A DNA stretch of 64,000 nt, from assembly GCA_019752115.1 (NCBI GenBank), contig JAIEMN010000020.1, positions 138,267-202,266 on the forward strand. Direction: 5' to 3'. The notes beneath the pieces are model-generated. The model was given only the letters and a program-made list of their open reading frames with translations. It ran no database searches and was not told the DNA's origin. A program made the translations under genes and the position numbers. Source of the stretch: Gemmatimonadaceae bacterium. GTDB taxonomy: Bacteria > Gemmatimonadota > Gemmatimonadetes > Gemmatimonadales > Gemmatimonadaceae. The stretch's first letter is position 1, and the number at the start of each line of letters is the position of its first letter. Shown piece after piece: positions 18,750 through 29,362 of the stretch.

Positions 18750-20677
18750 CGGCTCGGCGACAGTGGTCGCTCCACCACTCCCGCATTCGTCACCAGCCGC
18801 ACACTGAGGCGCCCTGCGGCGTAGGCGTCGCGATCCGCCGCCGTGAGCGGGAGAACGCCGGCGTGCACGGATTCATCCGGACCGAGTAGACGCGCCACCA
18901 CGCGGGTGGCACTGTCGGCGATCGTGATGCGCGCGAGCGCCGGTGCGCTGCCGCTGGTGCTCGACGCGGGACCGGTAAGCGTACCACCGCCGCGGCGCAT
19001 CAGCACCACGGTGGCATTCGCCCCCGGACCCGGCGCGCGCAGGCGGCTCTCCCAGCGGAGTTCGTTGCGCAGCAGGTCCACGGTGATCGTGCTGGTGGCC
19101 TGCACCGCACCACGGGTGGTGATGATCGTGCGCCCCGCCATGACCGGTGCCGCCCCGTTCACCAGCGCCGGCGTGGTGGTCGGCGCTCGGCGCCGCGCGC
19201 CGGTCTGCTCGTAGGCGAAGGCGAGCGCCACCAACCGCTCATCGCTGAACCCCTTCCCAAGCAGTTCGACGCTCACCGGGAGTCCATCCGCCGTGAAGCC
19301 CACCGGCATGGCGATGGAGGGCAGACCACTCTGCGCACCGAGCGGGCACGTGCTGCCGCCCTGCACCTGTCCGGGGAACACCGGCTTCTGCCGCACCGTG
19401 GGGTACACGAGCGCGTCAAGCTTGAGGGAGTCGAGCAGGAACTCGACGCGCATACGGAGGGCGCGCTGGCGCGCGAGCGTGGTGCTGTGCGCGGGATTGG
19501 GGATCGCGGGGAAGGTATCCACGGTGCGGAACCGCACCTCGAGTTCCCTGTCGAACGCCCCGCGCGCGAGGATCTCGCCCATGCTGTGTACCGGCGCGTT
19601 GGGCACGCCGGCGAGATAGGCGGCGATGTCGCTCTTCATCTCCATGTTGATCACGCTCGTGTTGGCCAGCAGCGTATCAAACTCCGGCATCGCCACATCC
19701 AGCACGGTCGCGCCTCGTGCGCGCATCGTCGAGACCGCCGCGCGAATGCTGTCGGCAATCTCGGCGTCGGTATCGCGGAAGTAGGGCAGCAGCACACCCA
19801 GTCGCGCGCCCTTGAGTGCGTCCTTATCGAGCGCCGCCTGAAAGCGCGGGCGCTTGTCGCGAATCGCGCGCGTGGTCGTATCGCTCGGGTCGAAGCCCAC
19901 CGTGGCGTCGAGCGCGATGGCGAGGTCCGTCATGGTGCGTGCGAGCGGCCCGCCGATGTCCTGCGTGTGCGAAAGCGGCACGATGCCTGTGCGGCTCACC
20001 ATCCCGATCGTGGGGCGGAGGCCAAAGAGCGCACCGAAGGCACTCGGGATGCGAATGGAGCCACAGGTGTCGCTGCCCCACCCCACCGCCGCAAAGCTCG
20101 CCGCAATCGCCGCGCCTGTCCCGCCACTCGAGCCCCCGGGACAGCGCGCCGGATCATACGGATTGCGCGTCTGCCCGCCGAGCGAGCTGATGCTCGTGAT
20201 GCCGGCGGCCAGTTCGTGCATGTTCGACTTGGCCAGCACGATCGCGCCCGCCGCGCGCAGCTGCTGCACCACGAACCCGTCCTTCGCCGGACGGCTGTTC
20301 GCGAGCGCGAGCGATCCGGCCGTCGTGGGGAGGTCGCCGGTGTCGTAGTTGTCCTTGAGAATGATCGGAATGCCATGCAGCGGCCCGCGCACCTTCCCCG
20401 CCTTGCGCTCGGCATCCAGCGCCGCCGCTTCTGCGCGCGCCTTGGGGTTCACCCGGATGATCGCATTCAGTGCGGGACCCGCATGATCATAGGCCCGGAT
20501 GCGGGCGAGATACTGATCGACGAGCGCCACACTCGTCGTGCGCTTGGCGCTGAGTGCCGCCTGCAAGTCGGTGATGCTGGCCTCCGTGACTTCGACGGGG
20601 CTGGTCTGCGGGCGCGCTTGCGCGTGGGCCGCGGAATGCAGCAGACCAAGCAGGGCGAGGACAGTGACACGGCGCAT
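18746..20677 (-). CDS. Secreted amidase-signature family protein with an extra C-terminal domain
   Basis: LKDN, GGSSGG and GSDTCGSIRIP (Ser-cisSer-Lys triad). Start set at MRRVTVLALL (20677). Confidence 0.9.
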   Translation of the reverse strand: MRRVTVLALLGLLHSAAHAQARPQTSPVEVTEASITDLQAALSAKRTTSVALVDQYLARIRAYDHAGPALNAIIRVNPKARAEAAALDAERKAGKVRGPLHGIPIILKDNYDTGDLPTTAGSLALANSRPAKDGFVVQQLRAAGAIVLAKSNMHELAAGITSISSLGGQTRNPYDPARCPGGSSGGTGAAIAASFAAVGWGSDTCGSIRIPSAFGALFGLRPTIGMVSRTGIVPLSHTQDIGGPLARTMTDLAIALDATVGFDPSDTTTRAIRDKRPRFQAALDKDALKGARLGVLLPYFRDTDAEIADSIRAAVSTMRARGATVLDVAMPEFDTLLANTSVINMEMKSDIAAYLAGVPNAPVHSMGEILARGAFDRELEVRFRTVDTFPAIPNPAHSTTLARQRALRMRVEFLLDSLKLDALVYPTVRQKPVFPGQVQGGSTCPLGAQSGLPSIAMPVGFTADGLPVSVELLGKGFSDERLVALAFAYEQTGARRRAPTTTPALVNGAAPVMAGRTIITTRGAVQATSTITVDLLRNELRWESRLRAPGPGANATVVLMRRGGGTLTGPASSTSGSAPALARITIADSATRVVARLLGPDESVHAGVLPLTAADRDAYAAGRLSVRLVTNAGVVERPLSPSR

Positions 20678-20711
20678 GGCAGCAGGCGTTCGGGGGTGAG
20701 ACAGGGTTGGT

Positions 20712-20812
20712 TGAACTGATTTCATCCAAGGCATCCACGATTTCCGAGGCACCCGCGTGTCGCATCGCGGTTGCCTTGGGTTCCCTCGGATCGCTTGGAT
20801 GTGATCAGTTCA
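20712..20812. repeat. ~100-bp imperfect palindrome (ATCCAAGGC type)
   Basis: Ends tgaactgat/atcagttca. 20794-20810 is 17/17 identical to 44345-44361. Confidence 0.88.
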
Positions 20813-20819
20813 CGATCGA

Positions 20820-21170
20820 TCAGTCGGCACGAGAAACCGTCGGCGCCGCGGGCCGCTCGAGCATCTCAAAGCCCAGTGGCCCCGGAAAGTGCGCGCGCAG
20901 CTTCACGCTGCGCCGCGGCTCGGCCATCATCGGCTCGACGGCATCACGCCACCGCGCGTAGTGCGCCATCGCCTTGTGGGCGGCCGGCGCGTCTTCGGTG
21001 CGGTACACCTCGATCAGCATGAAGCGCGCCGGGTCGTCGAGCTGCTGCAGCACGTCGAAGCGGGCGATGCCCGGTTCCTGCACGCTGTGGCGGGCGTTGT
21101 CGAGGCTCGCCGCCTGGAAGGCGTCGATGAATTCGGGGCGCACGTGGACGTGCACATGAACGATCAGCAT
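20820..21170 (-). CDS. Antibiotic biosynthesis monooxygenase / putative quinol monooxygenase (ABM, LsrG-like)
   Basis: [10 protein letters not shown]...[12 protein letters not shown]...FMLIEVY...[12 protein letters not shown]; GGAG SD upstream of ATG 21170. Confidence 0.85.
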   Translation of the reverse strand: MLIVHVHVHVRPEFIDAFQAASLDNARHSVQEPGIARFDVLQQLDDPARFMLIEVYRTEDAPAAHKAMAHYARWRDAVEPMMAEPRRSVKLRAHFPGPLGFEMLERPAAPTVSRAD

Positions 21171-21255
21171 GGCCAGGACTCCAAGCGGGAAGCGATGCTG
21201 CACAACTTGCCGCCGTTGGCTTGCGGACGACAGCCCGAACTCGCAGCATAGCGCC

Positions 21256-22938
21256 ATGACCCGTGCGCTGATTCCCCTGCTGCTCGCCGCGTCCGCGCTC
21301 CGCGCCCAGTCGGCCGATGCCGTCGCGGATGCCATCTACGTGAACGGTCGTATCTGGACCGGTGATCCGGCGCAGCCGGCCGCGACCGCGCTGGCGGTGC
21401 AGGGCGGGCGCCTGATCCGCGTGGGCAGCGACAGCGCGGTCCGGGCGCTCGCCGCCGCGAATACGCGGGTGGTGGATCTCCAGGGCCATCGGGTCGTCCC
21501 GGGATTCATCGACAGTCACTGGCACCTGTCGTCGAATGCCGCGGTCGATCTCACCGACGCTGGCTCACCCGACTCCATCGTGGCGCGGCTCCGGCGCGCG
21601 GCGCAGCGGTTGCCGGCCGGGCAGTGGCTGCGCGGGCGCGGCTGGACGCCCAGTGACTTCCCGGGCAATGCCGCGCACAAGCGCTATCTCGACGCGGCGT
21701 TTCCCAACCGGCCGGTCTATCTCACCGATCGCGATGGGCATCAGGCACTGGTGAACAGTGAAGCGCTGCGGCGCGCGGCGCTCACCGCCGCCACGGCCGA
21801 TCCGCCGCGCGGGGTGATCGAGCGGGAAGCGGGCGGAGTGCCCACCGGGCTGCTCAAGGAAGGCGCCAGCGGCCTCGTGAGCCGCATCATTCCGCCCCCG
21901 ACGCGCGCCGACATCGCCCGGCGTATCGACGACGAAACGCGCAAAGCGACGGCCCTCGGGCTCACCTTCGTGCAGGAGGCGAGTCCGCGCGAGCCCACCG
22001 ATGTGGTCGTGTCGCTCCTGCAGGCGGCCGCGGCCGCCGACACGCTGCGTCTGCGTTGGCGGCAGGCGCTCCCCTTCAAGCCGACCGTCACCGCCGCCGA
22101 GCTGCGTCGCTATCGCGCGCTGTCGGACAGCACCCGCGGCCCGCTGCTGCGCTTTGGGATCGCGAAGGGGATGCTCGACGGCACCGTCGATGCCAAGACC
22201 GCCGCGATGCTCGAGCCCTACGCCGGGACCGATGCCACCGGACTCCCGTTCTGGCCGGCGGCGACGGTCAACGGCACCGTGGCGCGCTACGACAGCGCCG
22301 GTCTGCAGGTCGAGCTGCATGCGATCGGCGACAAGGCCATCCGTCTGGCGCTTGACGCCTATGGGGTGGCGGCGGCGCGCAACAAGACGAGCGGTCGCCG
22401 TCATCGGGTGGAGCACATCGAAGTCCCTGACCCGCGCGACGTGCCGCGCTTCAAGGCGCTGGGGGTCATCGCGAGCACGCAGGCGATCTTCGCCACGCCC
22501 GATGTCACCACGCTCACCAACTACGCGCCGCTCCTCGGCCCCACGCGCGCGGCGCGCTCGAACAACTTCCGGCAGTTCGACGACGCTGGCGCCGTGCAGG
22601 CGTTCGGCAGCGACTATCCGGTGTTTTCGATGGATCCGATGCTCGGCATCTACACGGCCGTCACGCGCATGACCCCGCAGGGGACGCCGGCGGGCGGATG
22701 GTATCCCGCCGGGCGCATCAGTGTGGAGGCGGCGCTCCGCCACTACACGCGCGACGCGGCGTACGCGGCGTTTCGCGAGACCGAACTCGGGGTGCTGCGC
22801 GCCGGCATGCTTGCCGACTTCGTGGAACTGTCCGAGGACATTCTCTCGATCCCTCCGGCGCGGCTGCTGCAGGCGAAGGTTCGGCGCACGGTGGTGCGGG
22901 GACGCGAAGTGCACGTCGCGGCGACGTCGTCCCGCTGA
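21256..22938 (+). CDS. Secreted amidohydrolase (Amidohydro_3)
   Basis: [43 protein letters not shown]. Confidence 0.9.
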   Translation: MTRALIPLLLAASALRAQSADAVADAIYVNGRIWTGDPAQPAATALAVQGGRLIRVGSDSAVRALAAANTRVVDLQGHRVVPGFIDSHWHLSSNAAVDLTDAGSPDSIVARLRRAAQRLPAGQWLRGRGWTPSDFPGNAAHKRYLDAAFPNRPVYLTDRDGHQALVNSEALRRAALTAATADPPRGVIEREAGGVPTGLLKEGASGLVSRIIPPPTRADIARRIDDETRKATALGLTFVQEASPREPTDVVVSLLQAAAAADTLRLRWRQALPFKPTVTAAELRRYRALSDSTRGPLLRFGIAKGMLDGTVDAKTAAMLEPYAGTDATGLPFWPAATVNGTVARYDSAGLQVELHAIGDKAIRLALDAYGVAAARNKTSGRRHRVEHIEVPDPRDVPRFKALGVIASTQAIFATPDVTTLTNYAPLLGPTRAARSNNFRQFDDAGAVQAFGSDYPVFSMDPMLGIYTAVTRMTPQGTPAGGWYPAGRISVEAALRHYTRDAAYAAFRETELGVLRAGMLADFVELSEDILSIPPARLLQAKVRRTVVRGREVHVAATSSR

Positions 22939-22973
22939 GATCACGATGACATCCACCAACCGGATGGTGCCGC

Positions 22974-23831
22974 ATGACGCCTGATCTGCAAACGGTGCAA
23001 TTGCTCAGCGTCACGGGCATCTTTCTGCTGTTCGGGCTCGCCGAGGTGGCCATCGGCAAGTTCTTTGCGCCCGAGGCGGGACGCGAAGACAACCGACTTG
23101 ATGTGGCCGTTGGGATCATGTTCCCGATCGTTTCGGGCAGTGTGTTCGCCGCGTCGCGCGCGCTCTGCGCCTGGTGGATGCCAACGATGCGCGACGCCTG
23201 GGCCGACTGGCCGGCGTGGGCCATGGTGCTCGTCCTGCTTGTTGCGGACGACTTCACCCAGTACTGGTGGCACCGCCTCTCGCATACCTCGGTGATGTGG
23301 CCCCTGCACCGCGCCCATCACTCGGCGGCCTACATGAGCGTGCGGGTGGTGTACCGGAACAATCTGTTCTACTACGCGATGATGCCCGGCCTGTGGCTCA
23401 GCGGCGCGCTGCTTTATCTGGGCTTCGGCTGGACGTTCGTGTGGTACAGCGTGGTGAAGCTGCTGGTCATCATCGGCGCGCATTCAGCCATCCGATGGGA
23501 TCGCTGGTTGTATCGCTATCGATGGTTGCACCCCCTGGCGTGGGTCGTGGAGCGCACGATCTCCACGCCGGCCACGCACTTCGCGCATCATGCGCTCACG
23601 CAGGATGACGGCATCGGCCTCTATCAGGGCAACTACGGCAACCTGCTGTTTCTGTGGGATGTGCTGCTTGGCACCTCGCGCATCACCCGCCAGTATCCGC
23701 CGGCATACGGCCTCAAGGACGACCGACGGCACGGGTCGGAGCGCTGGTATCACCAGCTGCTCTATCCGCTCGTTCGCTCACGGCGCGCGGAAACGGTACT
23801 CGGCACCGAGCGCCATCTGCCGGTGGACTGA
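22974..23831 (+). CDS. Sterol desaturase / fatty acid hydroxylase superfamily protein
   Basis: His boxes YWWHRLSH, LHRAHHS and HFAHHA; NYGNLLFLWD; TM segments. Confidence 0.88.
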   Translation: MTPDLQTVQLLSVTGIFLLFGLAEVAIGKFFAPEAGREDNRLDVAVGIMFPIVSGSVFAASRALCAWWMPTMRDAWADWPAWAMVLVLLVADDFTQYWWHRLSHTSVMWPLHRAHHSAAYMSVRVVYRNNLFYYAMMPGLWLSGALLYLGFGWTFVWYSVVKLLVIIGAHSAIRWDRWLYRYRWLHPLAWVVERTISTPATHFAHHALTQDDGIGLYQGNYGNLLFLWDVLLGTSRITRQYPPAYGLKDDRRHGSERWYHQLLYPLVRSRRAETVLGTERHLPVD

Positions 23832-23871
23832 TTCTGAGCGACAGACACGCCGCGGCGCACGCGGCGTGCCC

Positions 23872-25830
23872 TCACTGCGGCCGCGGGCGCGCTCCCGTCC
23901 GCGGCGTCGGTTTGGTGACCGTCAGTCGCTGCACCGCGTGCCACCCCCCATCATCGGCGAGTACATCCAGCACCCACTCGCCCGGCATCGGGGGCGTGAA
24001 GGTAAAGTCGGCGGTCTGCCCGGGCCCCATGCGGGTCTGCGCCAGTGTCGGCACACGCAGCGCCACCGGGAGATCGGCGCCATCCTTGGCGATCGGGGTC
24101 CAGCGGCCGGTGCTCTGCGCCGTGGGGGACTCGCTGCGCAGGCGCACAGTGACGGTCCAATCGGGATGCAGCATCACGACCCGCAGCCGATGGGTTTCCC
24201 CCGCGGTGAGCGTGAGCGGTGCGGGGGTCGGGCTGCCGTTGACCACGCCGTACGGGCTTTCGAAGAACCGTTCAACCCAGGGACCGGCGCCGCCAATCAC
24301 CACGAGATGATCGTGCGCGAGATCGCGGGGCCCGTCGGTGACGAGCAACGCGCCATACAACCCCGCGAGCATCTGGCCGCGGTCATTGAAGTGCGTGTGA
24401 TACGGATACGTCCCCGCGCGCGGTGGCGTGAATTCGGCGGCGAAGGAATCGCGCGGCGAGACCTGCGTGAAGAGCCGCGTGCCATAGCCGCTGAAATTCG
24501 GCACGCCATCGGGGAAGCTCTCGATCTCCAACCCGTGCCAGTGAATCGCGGTGGGCTCCTGCAGGTTGTTGTGCACCATGATGCGCACGGGCTGGCCGCG
24601 CTGCAGCTCGATCACCGAGCTCGGAAACACGACCGAGTCGGGCGCGGGCGGCTTCGGGCCCTGCTGCAGCACATAGCTCTGCAGCGTGCCACTCGCGAAC
24701 AACACCCCCGGCTTCTCCTGCGCAAAGAGATGCATCGTGCGCGCGCCGGCCATGGAGGGTTCCACATAGTCCGGGCGGGGCTTCACCGTGAAGCCAAGGA
24801 CGAGCCCCCGCATGTGCTCTTCATTCGCCGCCATCGCGGCATGGTCATGCGAGACGGCGGCGGCGGCCGGTGCGGCCGGCGCCCCTTCGTACGTGGCACC
24901 GGTGAGCGTGACGCTTTCGTCGATATGAAAAGCGAAGTGGCAGTGATAGAGCCAGTTCCCCGGACGCGACGCCACGAACGACAGGGTGTAGGTGCCGAGT
25001 GCGGGGATGAGATCGGTATTGGAGAGCAGCTGCTTGGCGGCCGGAATGGGCGTGTCGACGCGCCCGTCGCCTTGCGACTCGAGGCGATAGTAGAAGCCGT
25101 GCAGGTGCATCGGATGATTGAAGCCGATGGTGTTGATCACCCGGAAGCGCACGGTGTCGCCCTGCGTGAACGCCAGCCGCGGCGTATGCGGCCACCCTTT
25201 GCCATTGATGACGGTGACCGTCTCGGCGGCGCGGGAGTTCGCGGCCGGATAAAACCACTCGGAGAGCAGCAGGATGTAGTCATCGGTCCGCGCCCCCGGC
25301 GCATCGACGACGATGGCGCCGTTGAGCTGGCCGTCCTTGAAGACGCGAAACGGATGATCCGCGAACGTGCCCTGGTAGTAGAAGGTCCCGGGCGTGGTGA
25401 AGCGAACCTCCACGTTGCGCGTGGCGCCGGCGGCGACGCGGATCGTGTCGGTCCCCGGTCGTGCGCCGGGGCGGAGGCCGCTGATCACCAGCGCGCTGTC
25501 GGTGCGATTGCGCAGCGTGAGCACCATCGTGGTGCCCTGCCGCACGCGAATGAGCGGACCGGGAACACTGGGCGCTCGGCCGGACTCGGCGAAGGCCAGC
25601 ACGGGCACTTCGGGATCCGTCTTGCCCTCGGGGCGCCACGCGCCTTCGACGATGTCCATCCCCAGTGTGAGGCGGGTGCCCACGAGCTGACCGGCCGGCA
25701 CGCGGTTGTCCTGCGCCACGGTGCGGACCGCGGTGGGGGCAACGCGCGGCAGCGGCACGCGCGGGGCGTGGGCCTGCGACACGACCTGCATCTGCGCGAG
25801 CAGCATGACCCGAAGCACTGCGGCAATCAT
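23872..25830 (-). CDS. Multicopper oxidase-type protein with four cupredoxin-like domains
   Basis: HPMHLHG and WLYHCHFAFH occur before IHWHG and YPYHTH; signal peptide; GGAG SD. Confidence 0.85.
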   Translation of the reverse strand: MIAAVLRVMLLAQMQVVSQAHAPRVPLPRVAPTAVRTVAQDNRVPAGQLVGTRLTLGMDIVEGAWRPEGKTDPEVPVLAFAESGRAPSVPGPLIRVRQGTTMVLTLRNRTDSALVISGLRPGARPGTDTIRVAAGATRNVEVRFTTPGTFYYQGTFADHPFRVFKDGQLNGAIVVDAPGARTDDYILLLSEWFYPAANSRAAETVTVINGKGWPHTPRLAFTQGDTVRFRVINTIGFNHPMHLHGFYYRLESQGDGRVDTPIPAAKQLLSNTDLIPALGTYTLSFVASRPGNWLYHCHFAFHIDESVTLTGATYEGAPAAPAAAAVSHDHAAMAANEEHMRGLVLGFTVKPRPDYVEPSMAGARTMHLFAQEKPGVLFASGTLQSYVLQQGPKPPAPDSVVFPSSVIELQRGQPVRIMVHNNLQEPTAIHWHGLEIESFPDGVPNFSGYGTRLFTQVSPRDSFAAEFTPPRAGTYPYHTHFNDRGQMLAGLYGALLVTDGPRDLAHDHLVVIGGAGPWVERFFESPYGVVNGSPTPAPLTLTAGETHRLRVVMLHPDWTVTVRLRSESPTAQSTGRWTPIAKDGADLPVALRVPTLAQTRMGPGQTADFTFTPPMPGEWVLDVLADDGGWHAVQRLTVTKPTPRTGARPRPQ

Positions 25831-25969
25831 CGTCGGAACTCCAATTCAGCCGTTGGCGGCGGCAAGGTTGCCATCGGCGCCTCCCCATGGAGCGCCCGTG
25901 CGAGCGTTCAGCCGCCTCACGCGTTAATCTCGGAGAGATCTTCCCTTTCCGCTCAGTTCGGGCGGTGAG

Positions 25970-28900
25970 GTGTTGTTCACCCTCACGCATCCACCCGTGC
26001 GTTCCCATCGCATTCTTTCAGCAGCCTCGGCTGTAGCCCTCGTGGCGGCAGCGACGGCCCTCCCCGCGCAGGGGCGCGGCGGCCGGGGCGGCGGGCAGGC
26101 GCCCGCTGCCGATACCAGCTTTGGCGTCTCCTGGCGCAACATCGGTCCCAATCAGGCTGGCCGTATGGTCGCGGTCGCCGGGTCCACGGCCCGCCCCGAC
26201 GAGTGGTACATGGGCACCACCGGCGGTGGCGTCTTCAAGAGCACCGATGGCGGCAAGACCGCCTTCCCGGTGACCGACGCCTACTTCGGCGGCACGATCG
26301 GCGCGCTCGCCGTGCAGCAGAGCAATCCGGATGTCGTCTGGGCTGGCGGCGGGGAAACGCCCATCCGCGGCAACGTCTCGCACGGCGAAGGCGTGTGGAA
26401 GAGCACCGACGCCGGCAAGACGTGGCAGTACATGGGGCTCAAGGAAACGCAGTACATCTCGCGGATCCGCATCCACCCCGACAACCCGGACATCGTGTAC
26501 GTCGGCGCGCTGGGCCATGTGTTCGGCCCGAACAAGGAGCGCGGCGTCTATCGCACGACCGACGGTGGCAAGACGTGGAAGAATATTCTCTTCCGCAATG
26601 ACTCGACGGGTGTGGCGGACATGATCATGGATCCGTCGAACCCCAAGACGATCTACGTCACGTTCTGGCAGGCCGGCCGCAAGCCGTGGATGCTCGTCTC
26701 CGGTGGCGCGCACAGCGGCATCTTCAAGACCACCGACGGTGGCGACACGTGGACCGAGATCACGCGCAACCCCGGGCTCCCCAAGAGTGGCCCGCTGGGC
26801 GCGATCGGCATCACGGTGAGCCCGGCCAAGCCGAGCCGCCTGTGGGCGATCATCGAGCACGAGCCGAACGGCGGCGTGTATCGCAGCGATGACGCCGGTG
26901 CGACGTGGACGTTCATGACCGGCGACCGCAATCTGCGGCAGCGGTCGTGGTACTACTCCAAGCTGTACGCCGATCCGAAGGACACCAACGTCGTGTATGC
27001 GCCGCAGGTGAGCCCGATGATCTCGAAGGACGGCGGCAAGACGTTCACGCGCGGCTTTGGTGGCGGCGACAACCACGACATGTGGATTGACCCCACCGAT
27101 CCCAAGCGCATCGCGGTGGCGCACGACAACGGCCTCATCGTGACGAAGGATGGTGGCACCAACGCGAATCGCGTGGCCGCGGCGACGGGGCAGTACTACC
27201 ACGTGCATCTGACGAACCACTTCCCGTACCATGTGTGCGGCGCGAAGCAGGATGCCGGCTCGAGCTGCGGCCCGGTGCGCGCGGCGGCGAATTTCGGCGG
27301 GCGTGGTGGCTTTGGTGGCCCGGCGGCGCCGGCGGCAGCGCCGGGGGGCTACAGCGAGTTCTACGGCGTGGCGGGTGGCGAGAGCGGCTACATCTCGAGC
27401 AACCCGAAGGATCCGGACATCATGTACGGCGCGAACTACGGCGGCAGCATGGACCGCCTGAATCGCCGCACCGGCAAGACCGACGCCATCGATCCGTGGC
27501 CGCTCAATCCGATGGGTCACGACGCGAAGGACTCCAAGTATCGTTTCCAGTGGACGTATCCGATCGTGCATTCGCCGCACGATGCGAACACGATCTACGT
27601 GGGCTCCAACGTCGTGTTCCGCTCCACGAACGGTGGCAACACCTGGACGCCCATCTCGAAGGACCTCACCCGCAACGATCCGCGCACGCTGGGCGCGTCG
27701 GGCGGCCCGATCACGAAGGACCAGACGAGCGTCGAGTACTACGGCACGGTGTTCACGATCGCCGAGTCGAAGCTCACGAAGGGGTTGATCTGGACGGGCT
27801 CCGACGACGGGTTGCTCTATGTATCGCGCGACAATGGTGCGACGTGGAAGAACGTCACGCCCAAGGGGCTGCCGGAGTGGATGCGTTGGTCGATCATCGA
27901 AGCGAGCCCGCACAACCCGGGCACCGCGTGGGTGGCCGGCAATCGCTATCAGATGGATGACTTCGCGCCGTATCTCTTCAAGACGACCGACTACGGCGTG
28001 ACGTGGACGAAGATCGTGAACGGCATCGCGCCGGATCACTTCACGCGCGCGATTCGCGAAGATCTGCATCGCCCGGGGATGGTGTACGCGGCGACCGAGC
28101 GCGGCATGTACGTGTCGTACGATGCGGGCGCCAACTGGCAGAGCCTGCAGAAGAACCTGCCGCCGGTGCCGGTACACGATGTCATGCTCCGCGACGACGA
28201 CATCGCGATCGCCACGCATGGCCGCGCGTTCTGGGTGATGGAGAACCTCACGCCGCTGCGCTGGGCGCCCGAAGCCGACAAGGCGGCGGGGAACGCGCCG
28301 TTCCTCTACAAGCCGGTGCCGTTCTATCGCCTCAACGGGCAGGCGCAGCCGACGTTCACCTATCGTCTGCCCGCCGACTCGATGGTCGTGAAGTTCGAGT
28401 TCTATGATGCGGCCGGAAAGCTCGTGGGCACGGCGGCGAGCAACGACACCACCACGGCGCAGCCGGCGGGGCGTGGCGGCGGCTTTGGTGGCTTTGCCGG
28501 TGGCCCTGCGAAGCCTGGTAACCGGAAGGGCGTGAACCGCTTCACGTATACCATGCGCCACGACAACGCGAAGACGTTCCGCGGCATGATCACGTGGGCC
28601 GGCAGCGGCAACGGCCCCGCGATGGCGCCGGGCACGTACCGTGTGCGCATGACGGCGGGCACCAGCGCGCCCATCTCCTACGAGTTCAAGCTCCTCCCCG
28701 ATCCGCGCGCCGATGCCACCGAAGCGGATCTCAAGGAACAGGTGCGCTTCGCGCTCGAGGTCCAGCAGAAGATCACGAAGGCCAACGAAGGCGTCATCGA
28801 GAGCCGCAATCTCAAGACCGATCTCAAGGATCGCGCGCCCAAGATGACGAGCGATGCCACATTCGGTCCGCTCGCCGATTCGTTCGCCGACGCGCTCAAC

Positions 28901-29212
28901 GTCGTGGAAGACTCGCTCTACCAGACGAAGAATCAGTCGGGGCAGGATCCGCTCAACTTCCCGATCCGCCTGAACGACCAGCTGGGCGGTCTGATGGGCT
29001 TCATCATGCAGGGCGAGCGGCGCCCGCCCAAGCAGGCGTATGATGTGTGGTCGGTGCTCGGCCCCAAGACCGATGCCGAGCTCACGAAGCTGGAGACGGT
29101 GATCACCACGAACCTGCCGAAGATCAACGCCAAGCTGAAGGCGGCGGGGCAGAAGGAGATCACGCGCAGCAAGAATGAACCGGCGACGCCGGTCCGACCG
29201 ATTACGCCGTGA
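25970..29212 (+). CDS. Secreted VPS10/sortilin-like BNR-repeat protein (annotated as glycosyl hydrolase in related taxa)
   Basis: Many S/TxDGGxTW Asp-box repeats, a signal peptide and a C-terminal helical domain. Confidence 0.88.
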   Translation: MLFTLTHPPVRSHRILSAASAVALVAAATALPAQGRGGRGGGQAPAADTSFGVSWRNIGPNQAGRMVAVAGSTARPDEWYMGTTGGGVFKSTDGGKTAFPVTDAYFGGTIGALAVQQSNPDVVWAGGGETPIRGNVSHGEGVWKSTDAGKTWQYMGLKETQYISRIRIHPDNPDIVYVGALGHVFGPNKERGVYRTTDGGKTWKNILFRNDSTGVADMIMDPSNPKTIYVTFWQAGRKPWMLVSGGAHSGIFKTTDGGDTWTEITRNPGLPKSGPLGAIGITVSPAKPSRLWAIIEHEPNGGVYRSDDAGATWTFMTGDRNLRQRSWYYSKLYADPKDTNVVYAPQVSPMISKDGGKTFTRGFGGGDNHDMWIDPTDPKRIAVAHDNGLIVTKDGGTNANRVAAATGQYYHVHLTNHFPYHVCGAKQDAGSSCGPVRAAANFGGRGGFGGPAAPAAAPGGYSEFYGVAGGESGYISSNPKDPDIMYGANYGGSMDRLNRRTGKTDAIDPWPLNPMGHDAKDSKYRFQWTYPIVHSPHDANTIYVGSNVVFRSTNGGNTWTPISKDLTRNDPRTLGASGGPITKDQTSVEYYGTVFTIAESKLTKGLIWTGSDDGLLYVSRDNGATWKNVTPKGLPEWMRWSIIEASPHNPGTAWVAGNRYQMDDFAPYLFKTTDYGVTWTKIVNGIAPDHFTRAIREDLHRPGMVYAATERGMYVSYDAGANWQSLQKNLPPVPVHDVMLRDDDIAIATHGRAFWVMENLTPLRWAPEADKAAGNAPFLYKPVPFYRLNGQAQPTFTYRLPADSMVVKFEFYDAAGKLVGTAASNDTTTAQPAGRGGGFGGFAGGPAKPGNRKGVNRFTYTMRHDNAKTFRGMITWAGSGNGPAMAPGTYRVRMTAGTSAPISYEFKLLPDPRADATEADLKEQVRFALEVQQKITKANEGVIESRNLKTDLKDRAPKMTSDATFGPLADSFADALNVVEDSLYQTKNQSGQDPLNFPIRLNDQLGGLMGFIMQGERRPPKQAYDVWSVLGPKTDAELTKLETVITTNLPKINAKLKAAGQKEITRSKNEPATPVRPITP

Positions 29213-29228
29213 TCTGAAAGTCCGGTGT

Positions 29229-29355
29229 GAACGGAAGGGTCATTAACCCCTGAGAGTTCAGGGCGTAGAACGTCAGGGGGGAGAGCTCAGGACAGCCACC
29301 GCGGTCCTGAACTCTCCCCCCTGACGTTCTCCCCCCTGACCCCTCGGGGGTTCAG
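29229..29355. repeat. ~107-bp imperfect palindrome (TCAGGG type) between convergent genes
   Basis: Arms 29267-29293 and 29304-29330 match 26/27; outer arms 29245-29266 and 29331-29352 match about 17/22. GAACGG at 29229-29234. Confidence 0.88.
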
Positions 29356-29362
29356 TCGGAAC

